From the NCBI GenBank assembly GCA_963553945.1, contig CAUVOX010000002.1:3854-67853 (forward strand): a stretch of DNA of 64,000 bases, written 5' to 3'. The notes under the pieces are model-generated. The model had not been told where the DNA came from and did not search any database. It saw only the letters and a program-made list of their open reading frames with translations. The translations under genes and the position numbers were made by a program. The first letter of the stretch is position 1; the number at the start of each line of letters is the position of its first letter. Of the stretch, positions 36,822-47,129 are shown piece after piece. The stretch is from an uncultured Candidatus Saccharibacteria bacterium (GTDB lineage Bacteria; Patescibacteriota; Saccharimonadia; Saccharimonadales; Saccharimonadaceae).

Positions 36822-38198
36822 TTACAGCTCCCGCTTCCTCACCTCTTCAAATTTTGCCGTCATCGTTGGATTATTGCGGGTAAGTTTTTTAATCGTTAAG
36901 TCTTGAGCCTTATCATTAGCTAAACGAAGATTATTTTCAGACGATAACAGTGCCTGCTTAGTTTTCTCTAGTTGCTTAATAGTCTTATCTATTCCTTCAA
37001 TAGCATCAGTAAACTTACGGCTTGCCAAGTCATAGTTGCGCGCGAAACCAGCCTTAAATTTCTCCATATCCTCTTCAAAATGCGTAATATCCAGATTTTG
37101 TGTACGCATCAATGCTAATTCTGATTTATATTTCAGAGCATTAAGCGCTGCATTGCGCAGCAGCATAATTATCTGTATAAAAAATTGCGGTCGAATCACG
37201 AACATTTTTGGATAACGGTGCGACACGTCAACGATACCGACATTATACAGTTCACTATCCGCCTCAAGTACTGACACTAAGATTGCATATTCACAGTTCT
37301 TCTCGCGACGATCTTTATCTAATTCCTTGAGGAAGTCTTCATTATGCTTTTTAGTCGCAGTCTGATCATTTTCGTTTTTCATCTCAAACATGATAGATAT
37401 AATTTCATTACCGGACTCATCATTTTCTCGGAAAATATAATCGCCTTTACTGCCAGTACGAGAGTCGTTATCCTTCTCAAAATATGCGTGCGGAAAGGCT
37501 GTAGCGCGCAATTTATTAAACTCAGTCTCACAGTGCTGTTCGAGCGTCTCGCCCAACATTTTGGTCGACAAACGAGCCTTAAAATCTTTGTAATACGCAA
37601 TCTGCTCATCTTTTGCTTTTAGCTCTGCTGCATATTTTTCTTTCAAATTTGACTCAACAAGCTGGCGCTCATTCTCTTTAGCGGCTAGCTGCAGCTTGAA
37701 ATTATCGCGCTCACGCTCAACAGCGCTAACAGCCCGGTTAACCTCCAAATCTTTCTCAGTCTCAAAAGCCTTAATTTTTGCGTTTAAGTCCGCAATTGTT
37801 TGATCGCTCTGCGACTTAGTTTGCGCTAACTCTTTATCAGCTTCCGAACGTAAACGCTCTAAAGCTAGCTCTTTATCACCTTGTGCTTTCTCTAGTTCAG
37901 ACTTCAGCGATGATATTTCTGATTGCTTCTCAGAGTTAATCCGAGCAGCTTCTGCTTTATTCTCTGCTTGCAAGCTTGCTAATTCGGCCTCTTTCTCAGA
38001 CAGTAGCTTTTGAAGCTCGCTACGAGTCTTTTGCTCTGCTAATTGTACGGCGTTTTCTTTATCTGCGCGCAATAAATTCTCGCGCTCGGCAATCTCGCGT
38101 GTAAATTCATGGTCGCGAACCTGTTTAACAATATCAGCGTAACTTGCTTGGTCTACTTCAAATACTTGACCACAATTCGGACATTTTATTTGACGCAT
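36822..38198 (-). CDS. DUF2130 coiled-coil protein
   Basis: IKCPNCG, long coiled coil, [36 protein letters not shown]. Confidence 0.85.
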   Translation of the reverse strand: MRQIKCPNCGQVFEVDQASYADIVKQVRDHEFTREIAERENLLRADKENAVQLAEQKTRSELQKLLSEKEAELASLQAENKAEAARINSEKQSEISSLKSELEKAQGDKELALERLRSEADKELAQTKSQSDQTIADLNAKIKAFETEKDLEVNRAVSAVERERDNFKLQLAAKENERQLVESNLKEKYAAELKAKDEQIAYYKDFKARLSTKMLGETLEQHCETEFNKLRATAFPHAYFEKDNDSRTGSKGDYIFRENDESGNEIISIMFEMKNENDQTATKKHNEDFLKELDKDRREKNCEYAILVSVLEADSELYNVGIVDVSHRYPKMFVIRPQFFIQIIMLLRNAALNALKYKSELALMRTQNLDITHFEEDMEKFKAGFARNYDLASRKFTDAIEGIDKTIKQLEKTKQALLSSENNLRLANDKAQDLTIKKLTRNNPTMTAKFEEVRKREL

Positions 38199-38248
38199 AT
38201 TTACAATCCTTTCCATCAATTACTCCTGCAACGACAAATGGGCTCACT

Positions 38249-38902
38249 TTAACCACTCGTATTTTTATAGACAGCAATCACCTTTCCATTAATCATATAA
38301 TTCTCCGATTGATCGACAATAATAGGCGGAAACCTCTCAGGGGTAAGAGATTCAGATTCTAACGATATATATTCCTCATGTTTTTTAAGGCGCTTTATAT
38401 TAGCCATACCGCCAATGATAGACAAAACATAATCCCCGTCCTCAACACACTTTTGCGTAACATCTACGAGAACAAAATCACCGCTTTTTATCGGTTGTTT
38501 TGACTTGCCAATACGAGCATTATTCATGGATTCACCATCAGCTTTTACTGCCATATATCTGTTTTTAAGCTGTGTGGCCTGCTTGCCCAATAGCTGTTTA
38601 GAAATCCTTAGAAACCCCTCATAGCATTCCTCGGCATAATTGAGTGCCGGACCGCAACTTGCCGAGCCAACAATCGGCACTAATACAAACCTATCGTCCT
38701 CAACTGGCGATTCCAGCCGCTGGGTTTTATTCTTCCTATTTATAAAAAGCAGGTTACGTTTTTCAAGCTGCAATAGATGATGCTGAATCTGACCAGGACT
38801 CATATCTGGATCACCAATGAGCTCAGCTGTTCTGCGCAATGTACATTCTGCCAAGTTCTTGGTCTTCGCTAGCTCTAGTAATTTCTTTTGGATGAGATGC
38901 AT
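38249..38902 (-). CDS. LexA/S24-family self-cleaving repressor
   Basis: N-terminal wHTH; VPIVGSASCG cleavage site, GESM Ser, IKRL Lys; TTGACA-N18-TATAAT promoter. Confidence 0.82.
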   Translation of the reverse strand: MHLIQKKLLELAKTKNLAECTLRRTAELIGDPDMSPGQIQHHLLQLEKRNLLFINRKNKTQRLESPVEDDRFVLVPIVGSASCGPALNYAEECYEGFLRISKQLLGKQATQLKNRYMAVKADGESMNNARIGKSKQPIKSGDFVLVDVTQKCVEDGDYVLSIIGGMANIKRLKKHEEYISLESESLTPERFPPIIVDQSENYMINGKVIAVYKNTSG

Positions 38903-39148
38903 GTTACTTTCATTATATAGAACCATGTGCATAAGTGTCAATAATTCTTCGGGTAGTCTTGACAAAGACAGTGCTGCGCCTTATTCTTAATAATGAACAC
39001 TTTTATACAAGGTGGGGGTCGATTTATATTGTCGACTCGTAATAGGTTCAGATTTGTGCTACCTGCGAGCAGTCACAAATATAAAATCAACCAGCCGCAA
39101 TATGGAGGGCAATGGCGGCGCAAGTTACTAAAGCTAAAGAGGAGGTAT

Positions 39149-39376
39149 ATGATTCCTTATGAGAATATTAGCGGAAACTCAGGCATAGTTGCCTACGATA
39201 CGAAAGAAGAGAGTATTGCAGTGCAGTTCAGATCAGGAGGGTGTACTGTATATACTTACACTTACGAGAGTGCAGGGGCTGATGCCGTTGAGACAATGAA
39301 AAGTCTAGCCCGACAAGGACACGGACTCAATTCGTACATCTCAAAAAATCAACCCGGCTATTCTGAGAAGCACTAA
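39149..39376 (+). CDS. KTSC-like small protein
   Basis: SGIVAYD...IAVQF...YTY...GLNSYI; SD GAGGAGG; in-frame alternative start at 38993. Confidence 0.7.
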   Translation: MIPYENISGNSGIVAYDTKEESIAVQFRSGGCTVYTYTYESAGADAVETMKSLARQGHGLNSYISKNQPGYSEKH

Positions 39377-39377
39377 A

Positions 39378-39417
39378 ATAAAATGAGAGCCAGGCTTGTA
39401 ACTGGCTCTCATTTTAT
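39378..39417. terminator. Bidirectional terminator
   Basis: ATAAAATGAGAGCCAG-N8-CTGGCTCTCATTTTAT perfect 16-bp inverted repeat between convergent genes. Confidence 0.85.
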
Positions 39418-39429
39418 AATCAATTAGCC

Positions 39430-42400
39430 CTACAGCTCCCTACTCGAAATGCTGAAAAATCGGTCGAAGAAATTCCCCAGCTTTTCCAACACCGCTTTTC
39501 GTTTTCGGCTACGTTCCCCACCAGCCGAAAATAGCGATATTGGCGGTAGTATCCCTGACAGTCCTGTGCCAGTTGATTGTATATATCCGTTGCGAAAAGC
39601 ATTTTCAACAAACGTATACGTCGCTTTTTTATCTAATTTTTCATCATCAATGATCTGGTCTAGCTCTTTGATTTTCCTTGATTTCACAAACTCCTGCCAA
39701 TCGCCATCGACCGAACTATCAACCGTAAGCGATGCGATAAACTGCTCTATCAAATCCTTCTTATTACGCAATTCCATAGATGAGTTAACCGCTTTGTCAA
39801 TATCAACTAAAATCTCTTTATTATTCATACGACTATCGTGATATTGCCGAATCAATTCCAGGATGTAATCAATGTTTATCTCAACCTGCTTGATAAGCTC
39901 CATCTCAAATACCAAATCATCGTTGATGTTCTCTTTGCTCTCATCAGATTTCGGCCGCAGTTCATTGTAGAGGTCAATATACATGCTGTGATAATCCTGC
40001 ACATCTCGCTGGCTCAAAATCTCTTGCCCAATGAATTCATCAAAACTAGACAGAATATTCCTTACTCTCAGAATTGCACCATACAGCTTCACAAATTCCT
40101 TTTGTTCTTGCTCACTGGCGATCGTCTCACCCACCGGAAATTTATCTTTTAGCTCTGCGATCAAATCAACATAGCCCGGTATTTTCTTTCCAGCGTCTTC
40201 ATAGCCCTCATAATAATCTCGGAAAGGACGCAATAGCACAATACCTTTCGCATCTTTGTCACCAAAAAGTGCTAAGGCTTCATTAGTCGCCTTCTCCAAG
40301 TTGCGAAACGTTACAATATTTCCATAGGTTTTAACTGAGTTAAGGATACGATTCGTCCGCGAATAAGCTTGAATCAGCCCATGCATCCGCAAGTTTTTAT
40401 CAACCCACAGCGTATTCAAAGTTGTGGCATCAAAACCCGTCAAAAACATATTCACTACGATCAATAAATCAATCTCGCGATTCTTCATCCGCAGGCTCAC
40501 ATCCTTGTAGTAATTCTGGAATCGCTCAGCGCCGGTATCATAGTTCGTACCAAACGTTGCATTATAATCACGAATTGCACCATCCAGGAAATCACGTGAC
40601 GAGACGTCTAGTCCACCGGTATTTTCCGAATTCTCGTCATCCATACCGTCCATTTCCAGATCAGGATCATTGACCCCGTAGCTATAAATTGTAGCTATTT
40701 TTAGCCGCCTCGCCTCAGGAAGGTTAGCTTGCTGACGCTTAAACTCATTGTAATAAAGTTTGGCCGTCTCAATTGAACTCACTGCAAAAATTGAATTAAA
40801 TCCGCTCAGCCGAATTTTATCTTTCGCCTCTTCAACTGCCGCTCTGCTTTGCGCCGACGCAACTTCATGAACATTCATCAGCCGCATAAATGCATAGGAT
40901 TTGGCGTTGCGCATAGTTTTTTGATCAAAGTGGTCACGGATATATTGCACAACATTACGAATACGCTCCGGAGCGTTCAAGGCCCGCTCACGATCAATAT
41001 CTCGCACCTTCTGCTGATCGTCGACCTCGTCTGCCTTGCGAATCGTCCAAATATAGTCAATTCGAAACGGCAACACATTCTTATCAGTAATCGCATCAAC
41101 TATGGTGTAGGTATGCAACTTATCACCAAACGCCTGCTCAGTTGTCCGCAAATCAACTCGCCTGCCACTAGATGCATTATCAGCAAATATCGGCGTACCA
41201 GTAAAACCAAACAGATGATAATTACGAAAACTTTTGGTAATGACATGATGCATATCGCCAAATTGCGAACGGTGACACTCGTCAAAGATGATAACCATGT
41301 GATCATCAAAAGCCTTGTGTCCTTGATTACGCTTGATAAATGTATCTAGCTTCTGGATGGTCGTAATGATAATTTTAGCGTTTGGATCGCTCAGTTGCCT
41401 CGTCAAAACCCGCGTACTGGTATTGCTATTCGCCGCCCCTTCCTGGAACTTATCGTACTCTTTCATAGTCTGGTAGTCGAGGTCTTTGCGATCAACCACG
41501 AAAAGCACCTTATCAATATAGTCCAGCTTACTCGCCAGCTGTGCCGTCTTGAAACTAGTCAACGTCTTGCCGCTGCCCGTGGTATGCCACACATAACCAC
41601 CCGCCTCAATTGTACCGAGCTTTTTGTAATTTGTGGCAATCTGGATGCGATTCAAAATACGTTCAGTCGCCACGATCTGATATGGACGCATCACCAGCAA
41701 TAATTTATCACTGGTAAATACGCAATACTTCGTCAGCACGTTCAATAGCGTATGCTTGGATAAAAAGGTCGCCGTAAAATCTATCAGATCGATAATCGGG
41801 CGATTATTAGCATCCGCCCACCAGCTGGTAAACTCAAAACTATTGCTAGTCTTTTTACTGCGATGCGAATCTGATTTACTCGCCTCATTAATATGCTGCC
41901 AGCGTGTCGTATTGCTGTAATACTTTGTATGAGTGCCATTACTGATCACAAACAGCTGCACATATTCAAACAGCCCGCTGCCCGCCCAAAAACTGTCCCG
42001 TTGATAACGATTGATCTGATTGAAGGCTTCTTGCAAGGGCACGCTGCGCCTTTTTAACTCAATATGCACCAGCGGCAAGCCGTTCACTAGCAGTGTCACG
42101 TCGCAACGGTTATCCCGTGCGCCCGACACCTCGTATTGATTGATTACCTGCAGGCAGTTCTTGTGGATATTCGTTTTATCCAGCAGACGAATGTTAATCA
42201 CCTCGCCGTTATCGCGTTGCAATAATTGTGTACTGTCCTCTTGAATCTTGAAGGTCTTGTCGGCGATATCTTCATTGCCATTGGCGATCCGCTCTGCAAA
42301 GAACCGCTGCCACTCAGCGTCGGTAAATATGTAATCATTCAGCTTTTCTAACTGCGTGCGCAGATTCTGTATCAAATCAGCCTCGTTCCCAATCGGCAAA

Positions 42401-42546
42401 TATTCATACGCCTGCGCTTGCAATTGTTTGATCAGCTCCCGCTCTAACTCCGCCTCGCTCTGATAACTCGTCGCCCGCTGGTATGGCGAAACGTAGTCGC
42501 TGACGACGGTGCTATCACTATTTTCAGCAATCACATCGTATTTCAT
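39430..42546 (-). CDS. hsdR: Type I R-M restriction subunit (EcoR124I-like)
   Basis: HIELK nuclease, TTGSGKT, DECHR, FTGTP, MFLTGFD, QAYSRTNR. Confidence 0.95.
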   Translation of the reverse strand: MKYDVIAENSDSTVVSDYVSPYQRATSYQSEAELERELIKQLQAQAYEYLPIGNEADLIQNLRTQLEKLNDYIFTDAEWQRFFAERIANGNEDIADKTFKIQEDSTQLLQRDNGEVINIRLLDKTNIHKNCLQVINQYEVSGARDNRCDVTLLVNGLPLVHIELKRRSVPLQEAFNQINRYQRDSFWAGSGLFEYVQLFVISNGTHTKYYSNTTRWQHINEASKSDSHRSKKTSNSFEFTSWWADANNRPIIDLIDFTATFLSKHTLLNVLTKYCVFTSDKLLLVMRPYQIVATERILNRIQIATNYKKLGTIEAGGYVWHTTGSGKTLTSFKTAQLASKLDYIDKVLFVVDRKDLDYQTMKEYDKFQEGAANSNTSTRVLTRQLSDPNAKIIITTIQKLDTFIKRNQGHKAFDDHMVIIFDECHRSQFGDMHHVITKSFRNYHLFGFTGTPIFADNASSGRRVDLRTTEQAFGDKLHTYTIVDAITDKNVLPFRIDYIWTIRKADEVDDQQKVRDIDRERALNAPERIRNVVQYIRDHFDQKTMRNAKSYAFMRLMNVHEVASAQSRAAVEEAKDKIRLSGFNSIFAVSSIETAKLYYNEFKRQQANLPEARRLKIATIYSYGVNDPDLEMDGMDDENSENTGGLDVSSRDFLDGAIRDYNATFGTNYDTGAERFQNYYKDVSLRMKNREIDLLIVVNMFLTGFDATTLNTLWVDKNLRMHGLIQAYSRTNRILNSVKTYGNIVTFRNLEKATNEALALFGDKDAKGIVLLRPFRDYYEGYEDAGKKIPGYVDLIAELKDKFPVGETIASEQEQKEFVKLYGAILRVRNILSSFDEFIGQEILSQRDVQDYHSMYIDLYNELRPKSDESKENINDDLVFEMELIKQVEINIDYILELIRQYHDSRMNNKEILVDIDKAVNSSMELRNKKDLIEQFIASLTVDSSVDGDWQEFVKSRKIKELDQIIDDEKLDKKATYTFVENAFRNGYIQSTGTGLSGILPPISLFSAGGERSRKRKAVLEKLGNFFDRFFSISSREL

Positions 42547-43679
42547 CTTGAACACTCCAACTCTTTGAATGTTAATAATTTATTGCGGTAATACTCGTAT
42601 TGCTTGCGGCGAGCTTCAATCTCCGCTGGCAAACCAACAGAAATGTCGTTGGTAAGTTTTTCAAATTTATCAAGGATAGAGACGATTTGTTTTTGCTTTT
42701 CAAGGGGCGGGATAGGGATTTTAACTTTTGAAATAGTATTACTCATTAATTTAGGGTTGCCCATTCCACTGTTTACGTACTTTTTTAGCGTAATCTGTAG
42801 AATATAGTATAAATACTTCACCTTAACCCGATCGCGCTTTGGCATCAATAGACCACAGACATTAGTTATGCTAAATTCTTCATTATTATGATAAAAGACA
42901 GATCCGGCATTAGCGCCATCCGTAGTCCAGGTTATCGACTCCTTGTCGTAATCGTATGTACTTATGCAACCAAATACTCCATTGTTGGCAGTTTGCGATG
43001 AGTATACCGGGTAATCACCCGCATTATCTATGAGATAACTCTTTGACATAACTCTTCCCCTAGATATATTGCAAATATCTCCAATCTGGACATATTCTAC
43101 TCTCTCTCTCTCGTTAAACATCAAGAGTGTATTCCGATAGTATTCATACTGCTTCTTTCTCGCTTCTAGCTCTGCTTCTAGCTCTGCTTCTAGCTCTGCT
43201 TCTAGCTCTGTAAACGAGTCTAACACCCGCACAATCTCTTTTTGAACCTCAAGAGGCGGGATAGGGATTTTCCATCTCGCGATATCTCTGCTATATACAT
43301 GTGGCACACCGCTGCCTCTTTTTAGATTATGAAGCTCAGCTTGTCTATTTTTTAGAATATAGAATATATACTTTGAAATTACTTCATCACCAAGAGGTTC
43401 AACACTAAACGCATCAGAAACAAAAATTGGCACAGACCAAAAACTAACAAAACCCGCATAAGCTCCAGAGCCAGCAACCACAACAGTATTAGCACTTCTG
43501 TTGCTTTCACTATGAAAGTACGCTGGCCTTTGACCTCCGGCAACAACCGGCACATCCCCAGGAGTTATACTTTTCTTCGTTATAGCTGATCCTCGCCGTA
43601 AACTAGCGACTTCATCAAGGCAGGCAAACTCCGCCCCATCTGGACATAGCCCTTTAATCAAATCATCAATTTTACTCAT
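42543..43679 (-). CDS. hsdS: Type I R-M specificity subunit
   Basis: Two TRDs, each followed by KIPIPPLE.Q..IV..LD.F...EAR.KQYEYYRN. Confidence 0.95.
   Translation of the reverse strand: MSKIDDLIKGLCPDGAEFACLDEVASLRRGSAITKKSITPGDVPVVAGGQRPAYFHSESNRSANTVVVAGSGAYAGFVSFWSVPIFVSDAFSVEPLGDEVISKYIFYILKNRQAELHNLKRGSGVPHVYSRDIARWKIPIPPLEVQKEIVRVLDSFTELEAELEAELEAELEARKKQYEYYRNTLLMFNERERVEYVQIGDICNISRGRVMSKSYLIDNAGDYPVYSSQTANNGVFGCISTYDYDKESITWTTDGANAGSVFYHNNEEFSITNVCGLLMPKRDRVKVKYLYYILQITLKKYVNSGMGNPKLMSNTISKVKIPIPPLEKQKQIVSILDKFEKLTNDISVGLPAEIEARRKQYEYYRNKLLTFKELECSR
43100..43112 (-). repeat. (GA)6G dinucleotide tract in hsdS
   Basis: CTCTCTCTCTCTC on the plus strand, encoding ERER. Confidence 0.85.
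43162..43209 (-). repeat. 4 x 12-bp perfect tandem repeat in hsdS (ELEA x4)
   Basis: GCTTCTAGCTCT x4 on the plus strand. Confidence 0.95.
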
Positions 43680-43690
43680 TATTAAAGCCC

Positions 43691-44329
43691 CTAATAGACC
43701 CTCTTTTTGCCAGCAATCTTCTTTATTCTGTCTCCGGCGCTCGTTGTACTTATAGCATGGAGGTCATCCAAAACTCGCTTGGCATCGTTAATATACTTCG
43801 CGGGAACATAGGCAAAAGCATTTTTCTTAATATCATACATCCGCTCAAAGAAGGCGATTCTTTTGTCTAACAGCTCTATTCTCTCAACACTGTCACCATC
43901 ATTGTTAACTGTTGATATCTCTATAAGATCTGCTAGTACTCGTTGCATATTAAATCTGATCTTTTCGGCGTTATCCTCAAAAACAGAGTTGCTCTGCCGA
44001 ATAATGTCATCAAGTAGCTCGACATTAGAATAAAATTCACTAATTTCTTTCCACTGGTCTTCATCCAAATCCCCAGAGAACATATGCTTATATTCAGCCC
44101 AGCTATTATGATCAAGCACCTTTATGTTTACATTAGATTTGTCTGTATCTCTGACATAGTCTCTGACTTTTTCAATCGCTTGCTCAGCTGACCTAATTTC
44201 TGACAGCGAAGCATTCGCTATATCTCTCTTCCTATCACGTCGCTGCTTAAAATAAACCACAAAAGCAACAACACCGGCAACAAACGTGATTAAACTAGTG
44301 AAAAAGTTTGAATTAATAAACTCAATCAT
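43691..44329 (-). CDS. Hypothetical protein with N-terminal TM helix
   Basis: FFTSLITFVAGVVAFVVYF followed by KQRRDRKR and a helical domain; overlaps the upstream ORF. Confidence 0.7.
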   Translation of the reverse strand: MIEFINSNFFTSLITFVAGVVAFVVYFKQRRDRKRDIANASLSEIRSAEQAIEKVRDYVRDTDKSNVNIKVLDHNSWAEYKHMFSGDLDEDQWKEISEFYSNVELLDDIIRQSNSVFEDNAEKIRFNMQRVLADLIEISTVNNDGDSVERIELLDKRIAFFERMYDIKKNAFAYVPAKYINDAKRVLDDLHAISTTSAGDRIKKIAGKKRVY

Positions 44330-44655
44330 TTCTTATTCATGCCTCCAAGCCGATTAATCCTTGCAATAGAGTTATCATCAAGCTTATTAATAATATCTAT
44401 CATAGAGGATATAGATTCTACTTCTTCTTTTGTTGGCAATTTGTTGGACTCCACTTCAGCAATCTTAGTTCTTAAAACCTCAATCATTTGCATGGCTTTT
44501 TCAAATTTTTCCGCTAGCTTCTCATATTGATCTCTAGGTACTGTAGATCCTGGACCACTTTTAACTACGTCGATTGTCTCCAGCGTAGCACTTAGGGTAC
44601 CGTAATCTCTATCTAGCTCTCCGCTGTGTTTTAGCCTATCGTATTCACTCGTCAT
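44326..44655 (-). CDS. Small coiled-coil hypothetical protein
   Basis: 109-aa ORF with GGGAG SD inside the hsd operon. Confidence 0.65.
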   Translation of the reverse strand: MTSEYDRLKHSGELDRDYGTLSATLETIDVVKSGPGSTVPRDQYEKLAEKFEKAMQMIEVLRTKIAEVESNKLPTKEEVESISSMIDIINKLDDNSIARINRLGGMNKK

Positions 44656-44678
44656 ATACTCTCCCTATTCTTTTGTTC

Positions 44679-45512
44679 TTAATTTACAACTTCACTCTTT
44701 ACCTTCTTAGCTGTTTTCTTAATATTCTCCAGATAATCCTCTTCCACGCCACTCAAATTTTTCGCCTTATACTTACGATACTCAGCTAGTGCCTTTTCTT
44801 TAGCCTGCTTGGTGCTGATTTTACCGGCATTGTCTAATAGTTTGCGGCCAGTCGAGCTAAGAATAGTATCAAGCTCACGAAGGTGATCAGCCATACGCAT
44901 TGGTTTTTCTTCCATGGCGTTAATTTCAGCAATATCAAAATAGGCTGAGACCAGGTTATTAAGCGTTTTTAACTCTTTTTGACTGAGATAATTCTTTGCC
45001 ACCATAGCCTCTGCCTGGGTCGGCTGTTTACCTTTAAAATTAGTCATTCCCACAAAAGGCTTATCGCCGTCAACACGATAATAAATCACTTCGCCAGCCG
45101 TATTGCCATGCGCTGCATAGTGTAGTTTGTTTTGCACTATAGCGAAGCCTTTGGTAATATATTCCCGCAGACAATCAGTCGCCCAGATACGAAACTTCGT
45201 GGCGATATTTGACTTGATGCGGTAGCCAAGTGAGATAATTATGTCAAGATTATAGTATTCCAATTCACGTCCCACCTGACGGTCGCCCTCGGTCCGAACT
45301 GTTCGGAATTTCCGAACAACTGAATTTTTATCAAGTTTGCTCTCGTCAAAGATATTTTTTATATGCTCGCTAACATTTGCTTTACTTGATTTATACAGAT
45401 CAACCAGCTGCGCTTGCGTCAGCCAAACCGTCTCATCCTGAAACCGAACATCAACCTGCGGCTGGCCGTTATCGTCAACATAGACAATGATATTGCCGCT
45501 ATCTCGCATCAT
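44679..45512 (-). CDS. RhuM-family protein with internal in-frame deletion
   Basis: WLTQAQLVDLY, YNLDIIISLGYRIKS; lacks ~57 aa present in the 29636 paralogue. Confidence 0.82.
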   Translation of the reverse strand: MMRDSGNIIVYVDDNGQPQVDVRFQDETVWLTQAQLVDLYKSSKANVSEHIKNIFDESKLDKNSVVRKFRTVRTEGDRQVGRELEYYNLDIIISLGYRIKSNIATKFRIWATDCLREYITKGFAIVQNKLHYAAHGNTAGEVIYYRVDGDKPFVGMTNFKGKQPTQAEAMVAKNYLSQKELKTLNNLVSAYFDIAEINAMEEKPMRMADHLRELDTILSSTGRKLLDNAGKISTKQAKEKALAEYRKYKAKNLSGVEEDYLENIKKTAKKVKSEVVN

Positions 45513-47085
45513 CGCTGCCCCTTTCGAGATCCGCAACTATGACATCAATTTCTGTCCGTAATTCCGACTGGCGAGCTACGATCTTGGCGATGTCAGCATT
45601 GAGCTCGACTATATTAATTTCTTCGTGTATATCTTCCACCTCAACGTACGAACTAACCGATAGATTATAGTCATTGGCGACGACATCTTCATAAGCAGCA
45701 ACTTTTGCAAAATAATCGATATTTTGCCGATCAACAAAGCTGTCCAGGATTTTTTGCCGATTTTCCTCGCTCAGCTTATTTTTATTGCCTTTTCGCACAA
45801 ACTCAGCACTGGCGTCGATAAATAATATATCGTTCGTCGCCCTGCTCTTTTTCAAAACAAGGATACAGGTACTAATCGTCGTACCAAAGAACAAATCCGG
45901 TGGCAATTGGATAACGGCATCAACATAATTACTATCTACTAGGTATTTGCGGATTTTTGCCTCAGCCCCGCCACGATATAGTGCGCCAGGAAATTCAACA
46001 ATCGCTGCCGTACCACTCTCGCTGAGCCAGCTCAACATATGCATAGTAAACGCCAAGTCAGCCTTACTACGCGGCGCCAACACGCCCGCTGGACTAAAGC
46101 GTGGATCATTAATAAGCGTCGGATTACTGTCACCGTCCCATTTGATGCTGTATGGCGGATTTGAGACAATCGCATCAAACGGCTCATCATCCCAGTGCTT
46201 TGGATCTTTCAGCGTATCACCATGAGCAATGTTAAATTTTTCATAATTAATGTCATGCAGAAACATATTGATGCGGCAAAGATTATAAGTCGTGATATTG
46301 CTCTCTTGCCCATAAAAGCCCTGTCTGACATTATCCTTGCCTAAGACTTTCGCAAACTTTAGTAACAACGAACCGGAGCCTGCTGCCGGGTCATACACTT
46401 TATTCACCGAAGTCTTACCAACGACGGTAATCCTTGCTAAAAGTTCGCTCACTTCCTGCGGCGTAAAAAACTCACCGCCGGATTTACCGGCCTTACTGGC
46501 ATACATGGTCATCAGATATTCGTATGCGTCACCAAAGGCGTCAATCGTGTTATCCTCAAATTTGCCGAGTCTCAGTTCGCCAATAGCATTCATTAGCTTT
46601 ACTAATCGCTCGTTACGCTCCGCCACAGTCGAACCGAGCTTATCGCTATTGACATCTATGTCCTTAAACAACCCGTGAAAATCGTCCTCGCTTTTATATC
46701 CTTTAGCCGACTGCTCAATATTGCAGAATACTTTGCTAAGCGTTTCGTTCAAATTTTCGTCATTTTTAGCACGCTTACGGACATTCTCAAATAGCTCGCT
46801 CGGTAAAATATAAAACCCTTTGTCATTTACCGTGTCCTCACGACCGAACTCAGCCCGATCGTCGCTCAGCTCTGCGTAGTTAAAATCAGTCGCACCGGTT
46901 TTACGTTCTTCAGCATTAATATAATTAACTAAATTTTCCGATATAAACCGATAGAATAAGAAACCTAGCACATACGCCTTAAAGTCCCAGCCATCAACCG
47001 ACCCACGCAATTCATTGGCGATCTTCCAAATAGTATTATGAAGCTTAGTGCGTTCTTGTTCTTTAAGATTATCCTCCGATGCCAT
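45499..47085 (-). CDS. hsdM: Type I R-M methyltransferase subunit
   Basis: IWKIANELRG, GEFFTP, DPAAGSGSLL, SNPPY. Confidence 0.96.
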   Translation of the reverse strand: MASEDNLKEQERTKLHNTIWKIANELRGSVDGWDFKAYVLGFLFYRFISENLVNYINAEERKTGATDFNYAELSDDRAEFGREDTVNDKGFYILPSELFENVRKRAKNDENLNETLSKVFCNIEQSAKGYKSEDDFHGLFKDIDVNSDKLGSTVAERNERLVKLMNAIGELRLGKFEDNTIDAFGDAYEYLMTMYASKAGKSGGEFFTPQEVSELLARITVVGKTSVNKVYDPAAGSGSLLLKFAKVLGKDNVRQGFYGQESNITTYNLCRINMFLHDINYEKFNIAHGDTLKDPKHWDDEPFDAIVSNPPYSIKWDGDSNPTLINDPRFSPAGVLAPRSKADLAFTMHMLSWLSESGTAAIVEFPGALYRGGAEAKIRKYLVDSNYVDAVIQLPPDLFFGTTISTCILVLKKSRATNDILFIDASAEFVRKGNKNKLSEENRQKILDSFVDRQNIDYFAKVAAYEDVVANDYNLSVSSYVEVEDIHEEINIVELNADIAKIVARQSELRTEIDVIVADLERGSDDAR

Positions 47086-47129
47086 AGAGATTATTATACT
47101 ATGCTTGATAGAAGCTTGTGTCGATAAAA

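Noticed and set aside
38919..38933. GAACCATGTGC as an SOS box in the lexA-like promoter
   Set aside because: Spacing does not fit GAAC-N4-GTTC and I saw no copy upstream of dinB
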